This document shows positions 18,644 to 29,505 of a DNA stretch of 64,000 nucleotides, in pieces. The notes beneath the pieces were generated by a model. It was not told where the DNA came from and searched no databases. It worked only from the letters and a program-made list of their open reading frames with translations. Every line of letters begins with the position of its first letter. The first letter of the stretch is position 1. The stretch comes from an uncultured Acidimicrobiia bacterium. GTDB lineage: Bacteria > Actinomycetota > Acidimicrobiia > Acidimicrobiales > AC-14. The translations under genes and the position numbers were made by a program. The stretch is from the NCBI GenBank assembly GCA_963836205.1, contig CAWIIV010000008.1:169831-233830 (forward strand), given 5' to 3'.

Positions 18644-19672
18644 CAGCGAGTCTGCCCCCACCGGAGGATGACGCTGGCCCACGACATCCCGGCGCCGAAC
18701 CCGGACATCAGGACCAGGTCGCCGTCGTGCAGCCGTCCGTCGTCGGCGGCCTCGGCCAACGCGATCGGCACCGACGCGGCCGAGGTGTTGCCGTAGCGCT
18801 CGATGTTGACGAACACCCGCTCGGCCGGGAACCCCAGCCGCGACGCGGCGGCGTCGATGATGCGGAGGTTGGCCTGGTGGGGCACGAAGAGGGCGATGTC
18901 GGCGGCGGTGAGGCCGGCCGCGGCCAGGGTGATCTCGGCCGACTCGACGATCGCCCGCACCGCCTTGCGGTAGACCTCCTTGCCGTCCATCCGCAGCCAC
19001 TGCTCGCCTGCGGCCAGGGTTTCGAGGGTGAGCGGCCGGCGGCTGCCGCCACCGGGGATCGACAGCAGGTGGGCGGTGGACCCGTCGCAGGCCAGGTCCC
19101 AGGCCAGGAGGTTGGGCTCGGAGTCGGGCACCAGCACGACCGCCCCCGCGCCGTCGCCGAAGAGCACGTTGGTGCTGCGGTCGGCGGGGTCGGCCACCCG
19201 GCTGAGGGTCTCGGCGCCGATCGACGAGGACCGGACCGAACCCGCCCGAGGCCACCAGGGAGGCCCCCACCACCAGGCCGTAGACGAACCCGGAGCAGGC
19301 GGCGTCGATGTCGAACGCACCGCAGCGCAGGCCCAGACCGTCCTGCACGAAGGCGCCGGTGGGCGGGATGGGCTGCTCGGGGGTGCAGGTGGCGACGATG
19401 CAGCAGGCGATGTCGGCCGGGCACAGGTCGGCCGACTTGATGGCCGAGGCGCCGGCCTCGATGGCCAGGGTGGCCGTGCTCTCACCCTCGCCTGCCCACC
19501 GCCGCTCCTTGATGCCGGTGCGCTCGGTGATCCAGGCGTCGCTGGTGTCGACCATCTGGGCCAGATCGTCGTTGGTGACCCGACGTTCGGGGACCGCCTT
19601 CCCCCAGCCGGCGACCGCAACCCGTAGGCCTGCCGGAACCTGTGGGCCGGCCGGGTTGATGCCTGCCGGCAT
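18643..19672 (-). CDS. fabH: Beta-ketoacyl-ACP synthase III (apparent +1 frameshift near 19222)
   Basis: DTSDAWITERTGIKERR and AACSGF in one frame; FGDGAGA, PHQAN, GNTSAAS in the next. Confidence 0.9.
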
Positions 19673-19950
19673 CAGTGCGCCATGCGGAGCCACGCCACCG
19701 GCTGGCCCTCACGCACCCGCTCTCCGGCCGAGGCGAGCAGGCCCATGAGCCGGCCGTGGAAGGGGCTGTGGACGGGCGTGGAGTGGCCGATGCCGTCGAC
19801 GAAGCCGATGACCTGCTGACGGGCCACGTCGGCGCCGTCGGAGGTTGCTTCGGGCGCGCTCTCGATCGGGCGGAACTTGCCGGGGGCGGGAGCCAGGATC
19901 ACCCGTTCGGGGACCATGAGCACCTCACCGTGGACAGATCCGGCTTCCAT
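19672..19950 (-). CDS. Biotinyl/lipoyl-domain-like protein lacking the acceptor lysine
   Basis: ILAPAPGKF..VIGFVDGIGHSTPVHSPFHG..GERVREGQPVAWL; coupled to fabD and fabH. Confidence 0.75.
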   Translation of the reverse strand: MEAGSVHGEVLMVPERVILAPAPGKFRPIESAPEATSDGADVARQQVIGFVDGIGHSTPVHSPFHGRLMGLLASAGERVREGQPVAWLRMAH

Positions 19951-20885
19951 CACGCGACCTCCAGAGAACGGGAGAAAGTGGGGACGTCGTCGGGGGCGGC
20001 GACGTTGTGGGTGGTGACACCCGAGAGCGTGCGGCGGGCCAGTCCGGACAGGACGGCACCAGGTCCGACTTCGAGAAAGGTTCGGGCACCGAGGGCGGCG
20101 AGAGTCTCCAGAGATTCCCGCCAGCGTACCGGCGCCACCAGATGGCGGCTCAACCGCTCCGGCCAACCGTCGGCACCGGCGTGGGCGGCGGCGTCGGTGT
20201 TGGCCACCACCGGGGCCGAGGGGTTGGTGAACCGGGTGTCGGAGAGGTGGTCGAACAGGTGGGCCGCGGCCCGCGCCATGAGGGGCGTATGGAAGGCGGC
20301 GCCCACCTTCAGGGCCATCACCCGCTTGACGCCCAGGCCCTTGGCGCGGGCGGCGGCGGCTTCGATGCCGGCAGGGGTGCCGCCGATCACGACCTGGCCG
20401 GGGGCGTTGTCGTTGGCGACCCACGAGGTGCGGCCGGCGGTGGTGGCCCCGGCGGAGGCGGACTCGGCCTGGTCGAGGGAGGCGCCGAGGAGGGCGGCCA
20501 TGCGACCGGGGCGGGCGTCGGCCGCGGCCTGGGTGCAGTCGGCCCGCTCCGCGGCCAGGCGGACGCCGTCCTCGAGAGAGAGGGCGCCGGAGGCGATGAG
20601 GGCGGTGATCTGGCCCAGGGAGTGGCCGGCGAAGGCGACGGGGGGCTCGTCGAGGGTGTCGCGTACGGCCTCCCAGGCCATGAGCGACGTGAGAAGCACC
20701 GCCAACTGGGCCTCGCGGGTGCGGGCCAACTCGTCGGCGTCGGCGGTGAGGAGGAGATGGGCGAGGGGCTGGCCGAGGGCGGATTCGGCCCGTTCGACGA
20801 CGTTCCAGGCCGCCGAGGCGCGCCAGGCCTCACCCATACCGGGGACTTGGGTCCCCTGGCCGGGGAAGAGCACGGCTAAGGCCAC
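19950..20885 (-). CDS. fabD: Malonyl-CoA:ACP transacylase
   Basis: FPGQGTQ, GHSLG, AFHTPLM, EVGPG. Confidence 0.95.
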   Translation of the reverse strand: MALAVLFPGQGTQVPGMGEAWRASAAWNVVERAESALGQPLAHLLLTADADELARTREAQLAVLLTSLMAWEAVRDTLDEPPVAFAGHSLGQITALIASGALSLEDGVRLAAERADCTQAAADARPGRMAALLGASLDQAESASAGATTAGRTSWVANDNAPGQVVIGGTPAGIEAAAARAKGLGVKRVMALKVGAAFHTPLMARAAAHLFDHLSDTRFTNPSAPVVANTDAAAHAGADGWPERLSRHLVAPVRWRESLETLAALGARTFLEVGPGAVLSGLARRTLSGVTTHNVAAPDDVPTFSRSLEVA

Positions 20886-20951
20886 CGGACCTACGACCTC
20901 GGGGGGGCCCAGAGGGTTACATCCGGGGGTCCGGCGGGTGACCGGAGGGGG

Positions 20952-21746
20952 TTACCGGGCGTCGAGGCCGGCGCGGAGCTCGGCGACGAAGTCGGCGGCG
21001 CCGTCGGGTCCGCAGCCTTCGAGCAGGCGGCGGACGAGGGCCGAGCCCACGATCACGCCGTCGCCGTCGGCCGCCGCCTCGGCCGCCTGGGACGGGGTGG
21101 ACACCCCGATGCCGATGAGGACGGGCTTGTCAGTGACCGCCTTGAGGCGCTTGGCCATGAGGGTGGCGGAGCTGGCGAGGGCGGAGCGTTCGCCGGTGAC
21201 GCCCATGATCCCGACGCCGTAGACCCAGCCCCGTGTCCGCTCGCAGATGGCCACCAACCGGTCGTCGGGCGTGGTGGGGGCGGCCAGCAGGATCGTCTCC
21301 ACACCGGCCTCCTCGGCCGCGTCGCCCCACCCGTCGAGCTCGTCGAGAGGCAGGTCGGGGACGATGGCCCCGGCGATCCCCTGGTCGGCCAGTTGGCGGG
21401 CGAAGCGGGTATGGCCGGCGCGAAAGACCAGGTTGTAATAGGTCATGACCGCGACCGGCACCCCGCCGGTGTCGATCCTGCCCAGGGCGGTGACGATGGC
21501 GGCGGGGGTGATCCCGGCCGCCAGGGCCCGCTGGGATGCCTCCTGGATGACGGGGCCGTCCATGACCGGGTCGGAGAAGGGGATGCCCACCTCCACCGCG
21601 TCGGCCCCGGCGGCGGCCACCGCCTCCACCACCGCCGGCCAATCCGTCCCGAGCCCGCCCGTCACGTACGGGACGAGGAGCTTGCGCCCTTCCGCCCGCC
21701 GAGCGCGGAGGAAGGTCTCGATGGCCCCGCCGGAGTCGGCCGTCAC
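20952..21746 (-). CDS. trpA: Tryptophan synthase alpha chain
   Basis: [29 protein letters not shown]. Confidence 0.95.
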   Translation of the reverse strand: MTADSGGAIETFLRARRAEGRKLLVPYVTGGLGTDWPAVVEAVAAAGADAVEVGIPFSDPVMDGPVIQEASQRALAAGITPAAIVTALGRIDTGGVPVAVMTYYNLVFRAGHTRFARQLADQGIAGAIVPDLPLDELDGWGDAAEEAGVETILLAAPTTPDDRLVAICERTRGWVYGVGIMGVTGERSALASSATLMAKRLKAVTDKPVLIGIGVSTPSQAAEAAADGDGVIVGSALVRRLLEGCGPDGAADFVAELRAGLDAR

Positions 21747-22951
21747 AGTTGGTCGCCGACCATGTCCATGACCTGGGCCACGTCCTTGTCGCCCCGGCCG
21801 GAGAGGGTGACGAGGACGGTGGTGCCCGGAGGGAGGTCGCCGGTGCCGGCGGCCCGGATGACCCAGGCCAGGGCGTGAGCCGGCTCGAGGGCGGGGATGA
21901 TGCCCTCGGTCTCGGCCAGGAGGCGGAAGGCGTCGAGGACCTCGCCGTCGGCGGCCGACACGTACGTCACCCGGCCGACCGAGGAGAGGTGGGCGTGCTC
22001 GGGGCCGACGCCCGGGTAGTCGAGGCCGGCGGAGATGGAGTGGGCTTCGAGGACCTGGCCGTGCTCGTCCTGGAGGAGGAACGACTTGCTCCCGTGGACC
22101 ACGCCCGGCACGCCCCGGCCGATGGCGGCCCCGCCCTCGGGCTCGACCCCCACCAGGCGGGCGTCCGTGTCGACGAAGCCGGCGAAGGTGCCGGCGGCGT
22201 TGGACCCGCCGCCGACACAGGCCACCACCACGTCGGGCTGGGCCCCGTCGAGTATCGGAGGGCACTGTTCGGCCGCCTCCCGACCCACGATGCGCTGGAA
22301 CTCACGCACCATCCACGGGTAGGGATGGGGTCCCATCACCGAACCCAGGCAGTAGTGGGTGGACTCGACGCTGGCCACCCATTCCCGCAGGGTCTCGTTG
22401 ATGGCGTCCTTCAGGGTGCGGCTGCCGGAGGAGACGGGGATGACCTCGGCGCCGAGGAGCTTCATACGGAAGACGTTGAGGGCCTGGCGCTCGACGTCGA
22501 CCTCGCCCATGTAGACCCGGCACTCGAAGCCGAAGAGGGCGGCGGCGGTGGCGGTGGCCACCCCGTGCTGGCCGGCGCCCGTCTCCGCGATCATCCGCCG
22601 CTTGCCCATGCGCTCGGTGAGCAGGGCCTGGCCGATCACGTTGTTGAGCTTGTGGGAGCCGGTGTGGTTGAGGTCCTCCCGCTTGAGCAGGACCCGGATG
22701 CCGAGCCGCTCCGAGAGGCGGTGGCACTCGGTGACGGGCGTCGGCCGGCCGCCGTAGTCGCGGAGGAGCCCCTCGTAACGGGCGTGGAAGGCGGGGTCGG
22801 CCCACGCCTCGGTGAAGGCGACCTCGAGCTCGGCGCAGGCGGGGACCAGGGACTCCGGCAGGTAGCGGCCGCCGAAGTCGCCGAACCGGCCGTCGGCGGA
22901 GGGCTCCTGCATGAGGCGGGCGGCAGTCGGCTCGGTCAGCAAGGAGCCCAC
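21743..22951 (-). CDS. trpB: Tryptophan synthase beta chain (TrpB1)
   Basis: [45 protein letters not shown]. Confidence 0.96.
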   Translation of the reverse strand: MGSLLTEPTAARLMQEPSADGRFGDFGGRYLPESLVPACAELEVAFTEAWADPAFHARYEGLLRDYGGRPTPVTECHRLSERLGIRVLLKREDLNHTGSHKLNNVIGQALLTERMGKRRMIAETGAGQHGVATATAAALFGFECRVYMGEVDVERQALNVFRMKLLGAEVIPVSSGSRTLKDAINETLREWVASVESTHYCLGSVMGPHPYPWMVREFQRIVGREAAEQCPPILDGAQPDVVVACVGGGSNAAGTFAGFVDTDARLVGVEPEGGAAIGRGVPGVVHGSKSFLLQDEHGQVLEAHSISAGLDYPGVGPEHAHLSSVGRVTYVSAADGEVLDAFRLLAETEGIIPALEPAHALAWVIRAAGTGDLPPGTTVLVTLSGRGDKDVAQVMDMVGDQL

Positions 22952-23013
22952 GCTACCGCCCTCGTTCCGGCGCCCGGCATGGGATTTGGCGGGGGTCGTT
23001 CGTCGCCGGGTGC

Positions 23014-23700
23014 CTACAGGTCGTCCTGGTCGAAGGGGAGCTCGGCCTCGTCGACGAGCTCGTCGGTGTCGTCGACGGACGGGTCGGTGTCGTTGGCCGC
23101 GTGCTCGGCGGCGCGGGCGGCGACGATGAAAGTCCGCAGCTTGCGGGGGTCCTTGCGCCCGGGAGCAGCCTCCACGCCGGTGGCCACGTCGACGCCCCAC
23201 GGGTGGACCTGGGCGATGGCCGCGCCCACGTTGGCCGTGGTGAGTCCCCCGGCGAGCATGAGGCGGATGCCGCTGGGGACCTCGGCCAGGGCCCAGTCGA
23301 AGACCTTCCCCGAGCCGGGCTTCGCCGAGTCGATCATGACCACGTCGGCCAGGTAGTCGGCCGCCTGGGCCACGTTGGGGTCGCCCGCGGGGAAGGCCTT
23401 GATGAGGAACCGGACCCGTTCGCGCACGTGGAGGGCCTGCTCCACCGTCTCCCGCCCGTGGAGCTGGGCCCCGCCCAGGCCGGCCTGGTTGACGACGGCC
23501 ACCACCCGCTCGGGCGCCTCGTCGCGGAAGACGCCGATGGTGAGGATCTCGCGGGGCAGGCGCTTGACGATGTCGGCCACCCTCGTCGGCGACACCATCC
23601 GGGGCGACGGGGCGAAGACGAAGCCCACCGCGTCGGCGCCCATGGCGACGGCGAGGAGGGCGTCCTCCTCCGTCGTCGTCCCGCAGATCTTCACGAACAC
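23014..23700 (-). CDS. trpF: Phosphoribosylanthranilate isomerase
   Basis: [24 protein letters not shown]. Confidence 0.95.
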   Translation of the reverse strand: MFVKICGTTTEEDALLAVAMGADAVGFVFAPSPRMVSPTRVADIVKRLPREILTIGVFRDEAPERVVAVVNQAGLGGAQLHGRETVEQALHVRERVRFLIKAFPAGDPNVAQAADYLADVVMIDSAKPGSGKVFDWALAEVPSGIRLMLAGGLTTANVGAAIAQVHPWGVDVATGVEAAPGRKDPRKLRTFIVAARAAEHAANDTDPSVDDTDELVDEAELPFDQDDL

Positions 23701-23755
23701 CGAGGTCGAACGCTACCGGTCGGACCTCGGAGAAGCGGAGATGGTCCGTCCGGCC

Positions 23756-25032
23756 TCAGCCGTCGAGGCGGTCGTTGGCGTAGTCGTCGTACGCGCCGAG
23801 GTCGAGGAGGCCGTGGCCGGAGTAGGAGAAGAGGATCACCCGCTCGGCGCCCTCCTCCTTGGCCAGGAGGGCCTCGTCGACCGCAGCCCGGATGGCGTGG
23901 GACGTCTCGGGGGCCGGGATCGACCCCTGGGTGCGGGCGAACTGCACGGCCGCCTCGAAGCACTTGCCCTGCGGGTACGCCACCGCCTCGATGCGTCCCG
24001 ACTGGACGAGGTTCGACACAAGGGGCGAGTCGCCGTGGTACCGGAGGCCACCGGCGTGGATGGGCGGGGGCATGAAATCGTGGCCGAGGGTGTACATGGC
24101 CAGCAGCGGGGTCATGCCGGCGGTGTCGCCGAAGTCGTAGTCGAAGCGTCCCCCGGTGAGGGTGGGGCATGACGACGGCTCCACCGCCACCAGGCGCACG
24201 CCCTCGTCGGGGACGAACGGGAAGGCGATCCCGCCAAAGTTCGACCCCCCGCCGCAGGAGCCGATGACCACGTCGGGCTTCTCCTCCCCCGCCGCCGCCA
24301 GCTGCTCCTTGGCCTCCAGGCCGATGACGGTCTGGTGCAGGAGGACGTGGTTGAGCACCGATCCCAGTGCGTAGTGGGTGTCGGGACGGCTGGCGGCGTC
24401 GGCGACGGCGTCGCTGATGGCGCTGCCCAAGGACCCGGGCGAGTCGGGGTCGGCCACCGGCGACGGCTCCACCTGTCCGCCCCACGTCTCGATCATCACC
24501 CGCCGGTAGGGCTTCTGCTGGAACGACGAGCGCACCATGTAGACCTTGCACTCCAGGTCGAAGAGGGAGCAGGCGAGGGACAGGGCGCTCCCCCACTGGC
24601 CGGCGCCGGTCTCGGTGGCCAGGCGGGTGGTGCCGTCGGCCTTGTTGTAGAAGGCCTGGGGGATGGCGGTGTTGGGCTTGTGCGACCCGGCCGGCGACAC
24701 CGACTCGTCCTTGTAGTAGATCCGGGCCGGCGTGCCGAGGAAGGCCTCCAGGCGGCGGGCCCGCACGAGGGGCGTCGGCCGCCACATGCGGAGCACGTCG
24801 AGCACCTCGCCGGGGATGTCGACCCACGGCTCGGCCGTGACCTCCTGGCCGATGAGGGCCATGGGGAACAGGGGGGCGAGGTCGTCGGGGCCGATCGGCT
24901 GGCGGGTGCCGGGGTGGAGCGGGGGCTGCAGCGGCGCGGTGAGGTGGGGGGCGACGTTGAACCAGGCGGACGGGATGCGGTCGGGCGGGAGGAGCCAGCG
25001 ACACCCATTGGGGTTGCATCGGAAACGGTCAT
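23756..25032 (-). CDS. TrpB2-type tryptophan synthase beta-like enzyme (likely -1 indel near 25001)
   Basis: [38 protein letters not shown]; ATG at 25032 overlaps the trpC stop (ATGA) but is out of frame with the body. Confidence 0.9.
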
Positions 25033-25827
25033 GACGGTTCACCTCGCAGGGTTCGGAGGGCGTCGGCGGGGTCGGCGGCGGTCACCAGCTGCTCCCCCAC
25101 CAGGATGGCGTCGTAGCCGGCCTCGGCCAGGGCGTCGACCTGGGCCGGCGTGTGGATGCCCGACTCGGCGATCTTCATGACTCCGTCGGGGATGAGGGCA
25201 GCCAGGCGGGCCGCCCGCGTGGGGTCGACCTCGAAGGTGTGCAGGTCGCGCTGGTTGACCCCGATGATGGTGGCGCCGGCCTTGAGGGCGACGGCCACCT
25301 CGTCCTCGTCGTGGACCTCGACCACCGCGGCCAGTCCCAGTCCGTCGGCCAGGTTCCGCAGGCGGGAGAGGTCGCCCGGGTTGAGGGCGGCCACGATCAG
25401 GAGGACGGCGTCGGCGCCCATGGCCCGGGCGTCGGCCACGTCGCGGCCGTCGACGGTGAAGTCCTTGCGAAGGATCGGGCAGGTCGGGGGCCGCCTGGCG
25501 GGCCGCGGCCAGGTCGTCGGGCGAGCCGCCGAAGAACTCGGCGTCGGTGAGCACTGACAGGGCCGACGCCCCCGCCGACTGGTAGGCCCGGGCCAGGACG
25601 GCGGGGTCGAGGTCGGGGGCGAGGTCGCCCTTCGACGGGGACCGGCGCTTGATCTCGGCGATCACCGCCGGCCGTCCGGTGCGGGCCGCCGCCACCCGTA
25701 GGAGGCCGCGGAAGTCGCGCGGGTCCGGGGCCTCGAAGGCGGCGGTCATGGTGGCGTCGAGCCAACGCTTGTCGGCCAGGGCCGCCTCCCGGTGGGCGGC
25801 GATGATGCGGTCGAGGACGGTGGGCAT
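25029..25827 (-). CDS. trpC: Indole-3-glycerol phosphate synthase (apparent +1 frameshift near 25477)
   Basis: [12 protein letters not shown] and SVLTD, then ILRKDF, VEVHD, GVNQRDL, AESGI in the next frame. Confidence 0.92.
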
Positions 25828-25892
25828 CCGATCGATCGTACCGACCGCACCATCCCCGTGAGTCCCCGCCCGGCCTGGGAAGATCGACGTTC

Positions 25893-26483
25893 GTGCACGG
25901 GCTCGACGCGCTGGAGGGTGGTCCGTTCTCGACCATCCTCGCCGACCCCCCGTGGCGGTTCTCCCACCGCACCGGGAAGGTCTCGCCCGAATACCGCCGC
26001 CACGCCCGCTACGGCACCATGCGCACGCCCGCGATATGCGCCCTGCCGGTGGCGAACGCGGCCGCCCCCGACGCTCACCTCTACCTGTGGGTACCCAACG
26101 CCCTCCTCGCCGACGGCCTGGCGGTGATGGAGGCGTGGGGCTTCACCTACAAGGCCAACCTGGTGTGGCACAAGGTCCTGGCCGACGGGCGCAGCGACCG
26201 GCGGGGCGTGGGCTTCTACTTCCGCAACGTCACCGAGATGGTGCTCTTCGGGGTGCGGGGCAGCCTGCGCACCCTCGCCCCCGGCCGGCGCCAGGTAAAC
26301 CTCATCGCCACCCGCAAGCGGGAGCACTCCCGCAAGCCGGAGCAGCTCTACGACCTGGTCGAGGCGTGCAGTCCGGGCCCCTACCTGGAGCTGTTCGCCC
26401 GTTACCCCCGCCTGGGCTGGACCGCCTGGGGCGACGAGGTGGGCCAGCTCACAGAACCCTCACATGAGGGAGCGCGACCATAG
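25893..26483 (+). CDS. MT-A70 family N6-adenine methyltransferase (orphan)
   Basis: ILADPPW, HLYLWVPN, GFYFRNVTE, REHSRKPE, LELFAR. Confidence 0.9.
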   Translation: MHGLDALEGGPFSTILADPPWRFSHRTGKVSPEYRRHARYGTMRTPAICALPVANAAAPDAHLYLWVPNALLADGLAVMEAWGFTYKANLVWHKVLADGRSDRRGVGFYFRNVTEMVLFGVRGSLRTLAPGRRQVNLIATRKREHSRKPEQLYDLVEACSPGPYLELFARYPRLGWTAWGDEVGQLTEPSHEGARP

Positions 26484-26486
26484 GGC

Positions 26487-27173
26487 GTGGCTGACGTCGG
26501 CACGATCGTGGTGGTGGAGGACGACCAGCACATCGCCGACCTGGTCGAGCTCTACCTGCGCCAGGAGGGATTCCGCGTCGTCCAGGCGGCCGACGGCCAG
26601 CGGGGGCTCGACGCGGTGCGCGACCAGCGGCCGCGGATGGTGATCCTCGACGTCGGCCTGCCCGCGATCGACGGGCTGGAGGTGTGCCGGCGGCTGCGGG
26701 CCGACAGCGACGTCCCGATCCTCATGCTCACCGCCCGCGACGGCGAGATCGACCGGGTCCTGGGCCTGGAGATGGGCGCCGACGATTACGTGGCCAAGCC
26801 CTTCTCGCCCCGGGAGCTGGTGGCCCGGGTGCGGGCGATCCTGCGTCGGGCCGACGGGGCCTCGGGGGCGGGCCGGGGGGACACTCCCGGCGTGCTGCCG
26901 GCGGGTGACGTGGAGGTCGACGTCGGCCGCCGGGAGGCGAGGGTGGACGGGGCCGTGGTCGCGCTGGCCACCCGCGAGTTCGACCTCCTCCGGTACCTGG
27001 CCGAGAACGCGGGGCTGGCCCTGTCCCGGCAGCAGATCCTCGACGCGGTGTGGGGTCCGGACTGGTACGGCGACGAGCGCACCATCGACGTCCACGTGGG
27101 CCAGCTGCGCAAGAAGCTGGGGCCCGGATTGCCCCTGGCGACGGTGTGGGGCGTCGGCTACCGCCTCGGATGA
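26487..27173 (+). CDS. OmpR-family response regulator
   Basis: VVEDD, LDVGLP, GADDYVAKPFSPREL, TVWGVGYR. Confidence 0.95.
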   Translation: MADVGTIVVVEDDQHIADLVELYLRQEGFRVVQAADGQRGLDAVRDQRPRMVILDVGLPAIDGLEVCRRLRADSDVPILMLTARDGEIDRVLGLEMGADDYVAKPFSPRELVARVRAILRRADGASGAGRGDTPGVLPAGDVEVDVGRREARVDGAVVALATREFDLLRYLAENAGLALSRQQILDAVWGPDWYGDERTIDVHVGQLRKKLGPGLPLATVWGVGYRLG

Positions 27174-27184
27174 CCGCGGCCCCC

Positions 27185-27312
27185 CTCCGAACCGGTGACG
27201 AAAAAGGGTCCCCACAGGGGCGGAAAGTGTCACCGGTTCGGAGCGGCGGGCGGGTCGCCAGCGAACCGGTGACGGTTCCGGTCCTGTGAAGGCCTTTTCC
27301 GTCACCGGTTCG
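27185..27312. repeat. Pair of REP-like palindromes between response regulator and kinase
   Basis: CTCCGAACCGGTGAC..GTCACCGGTTCGGAG (27185-27243) and CGAACCGGTGACGG..CCGTCACCGGTTCG (27262-27312). Confidence 0.9.
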
Positions 27313-27317
27313 GAGGG

Positions 27318-28670
27318 ATGGGCACGGTGACCCGACGCCTCATCGTCACCATCGTGGCGGTGGTGGCCGCCGCCCTGGCCGTGGCCAGCATCGGGACGGT
27401 GGTGATCCTCCGGATCGAGGCCCGGGCCGCGGCCCGGACGGAGCTGCGGGACCAGGCGGTGCGGCTGGCATCGCGGGTGGAGACGGTGCAGGCGCCGGGG
27501 GCGCTGCCGGCGGTGGCCCGCGCCCTCCGCCTCGAAGGGGCCTCCATCCTCCGCATCGACCCCGACGGCCGCCTGCGGGGCGTCCCCCCGGCCGGGGTCA
27601 CCCTGGCCGACCTCGACCCGGCCCGGCTCGGTGACGGCCGCACCGTCACCGGCGTGGCCCCGGGCGGGATCGCCTACGCCGCCGCCCCCGCCGAGCGGGC
27701 CGCCTCGACCGTGGTGGTCGTCCTCAGCCGGCAAGTGAGCACCGGGCGTCCCGTCCTCGGGCCGTGGTTCCTGGTGGCGGTGGTGGCCACCCTCGGCCTG
27801 GCCGCGCTCGTGGCCGGCAACCTCGCCCGCCGCCTCACCCGTCCGCTGCGGGAGGCCCAGGAGGCCACCCGGCGCATCGCCTCCGGCGACCTGGCCGTGC
27901 GGGTGACGGAGGACGAGGCCGACGGGGCCGAGCTGGCAGGACTGGCCCGGTCGATCAACGCCATGGCCGAGAGCCTGGAGCGGTCGCGAGGCATGGAGCG
28001 CCAGTTCCTGCTCTCGGTGTCGCACGACCTGCGGACGCCGCTCACGTCGATCCGGGGCTTCGGCGAGGCGTTGGCCGAGGGACGTGCCCCCGACCCGGCC
28101 CACGCGGGGGCGGTGATCACGGCCGAGGCCCGCCGGCTGGAGCGGCTGGTGGGCGACCTGCTCGAGCTGGCCAAGCTCGACGCCCGCCGCTTCTCCCTCG
28201 ACATCCGGGCCACCGACGTGGCCGAGGTGGTGTCCGACACGACCGAGGGCTTCCGCCCGGCCGCGGAACGGGCGGGCGTGGTCCTCGCCGTCGACCTCGG
28301 CGCCGGCCCCCGGGGCCCGTTGGCGTCGGCCGATCCCGACCGGCTGGCCCAGGTGGTGGCCAACCTGGTGGAGAACGCCCTCAAGTTCGCGGCCACCCGC
28401 ATCTCGGTCTCCGTGGTGGAGGGCGTCCGGATCGCCGTCGACGACGACGGGCTCGGCATCGCCGCCGACGACGTGGCCCACGTCTTCGAGCCCTTCTTCC
28501 AGTCGAGCCGGGCGCCGGCCCGCCAGGTGGGATCCGGCCTGGGGCTGGCGATCGTCGCCGAGTTGGCGGTGGCCATGGGGGGGTCGGTGCGGGCCGAGCC
28601 CCTGGCCGGCGGGGGCACGAGGGTGCTCGTCGCCCTCCAGCCGTGGCCGATACCCCCGCCGGTGGGTTAG
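27318..28670 (+). CDS. HAMP-domain sensor histidine kinase
   Basis: Two TM helices, SHDLRTPLT, NLVENALKF, GSGLGLAIV. Confidence 0.95.
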   Translation: MGTVTRRLIVTIVAVVAAALAVASIGTVVILRIEARAAARTELRDQAVRLASRVETVQAPGALPAVARALRLEGASILRIDPDGRLRGVPPAGVTLADLDPARLGDGRTVTGVAPGGIAYAAAPAERAASTVVVVLSRQVSTGRPVLGPWFLVAVVATLGLAALVAGNLARRLTRPLREAQEATRRIASGDLAVRVTEDEADGAELAGLARSINAMAESLERSRGMERQFLLSVSHDLRTPLTSIRGFGEALAEGRAPDPAHAGAVITAEARRLERLVGDLLELAKLDARRFSLDIRATDVAEVVSDTTEGFRPAAERAGVVLAVDLGAGPRGPLASADPDRLAQVVANLVENALKFAATRISVSVVEGVRIAVDDDGLGIAADDVAHVFEPFFQSSRAPARQVGSGLGLAIVAELAVAMGGSVRAEPLAGGGTRVLVALQPWPIPPPVG

Positions 28671-29497
28671 GGCGTGGTGGTGGCGGGGACGGTGGGGGCG
28701 GGAGCCACGGGGGCGGGCACGCACGCCGGGAGCACCAGGGCCGACGAGAGGTTGCCGACCAGGATGGAGGCCGGGAACTGGCCCGGCAGGAGGCACCGGA
28801 CCTGCCACGCGACCGCACCGGTGCCGTCGGTGACGGGGATGGGCACCGACTCCAGACTGAAGCCCGACGGCAGGCTGAGCTGGACCCGGATCCCGGGACG
28901 AGGGGTGAGCACGACGTTTCCACTGGCGTCGACCGTCCCGCTCCCGAAGCGGACGACCAGCAGCGCCGGGAATCCCGCCACCGGTGGGTTGGGGTCGATG
29001 CTGGCGGTGACGGAGTTGGTGCCCACTTCCATGAGATTGGTGGTGAGCGACTTGGTCTCGTCGGCGGCCAGGAAGAACACGTCGGCGGCCGTCTGGGCCA
29101 GGTCGGGCGGGCGGAAGATGGTGACCCGGTAGGAGCCGCCGAGGATGGCGTCGATCGACCAGGTTCCGGCCGCGGTGCGGGCCTCGGCCGTCGCCACCGC
29201 CGACCCCACGAAGCGCTCGATCCTCACCACCGCCCCGGTCACCGGGCCCGCGGGCCCGTTGACGACGCCGACGATGCGGGCCGAGCCCGGTCCCATTGCG
29301 GTCGACAGGCTGGTGACCGTGCGGGGACTGCCGCGGGGCACCGTGGTCTCCGGGACCGCCTCGGTGACCGGCGGGGCGGTGGTGACCTCGATGACGGCCG
29401 TGGTCGGTGTCGTGGTCGGCGCCGGCTTGTCGTCGGAGCCTCCCCCGCACGCGCCCGCCACCAGGGCGGCGGTCACCAGGAGGACGAGTCGGCGCAC
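28667..29497 (-). CDS. Lipoprotein with carboxypeptidase-regulatory/Ig-like domains
   Basis: Lipobox VAGAC, Thr/Pro-rich linker, beta-rich body. Confidence 0.7.
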   Translation of the reverse strand: MRRLVLLVTAALVAGACGGGSDDKPAPTTTPTTAVIEVTTAPPVTEAVPETTVPRGSPRTVTSLSTAMGPGSARIVGVVNGPAGPVTGAVVRIERFVGSAVATAEARTAAGTWSIDAILGGSYRVTIFRPPDLAQTAADVFFLAADETKSLTTNLMEVGTNSVTASIDPNPPVAGFPALLVVRFGSGTVDASGNVVLTPRPGIRVQLSLPSGFSLESVPIPVTDGTGAVAWQVRCLLPGQFPASILVGNLSSALVLPACVPAPVAPAPTVPATTTP

Positions 29498-29505
29498 AGG
29501 GCGTC

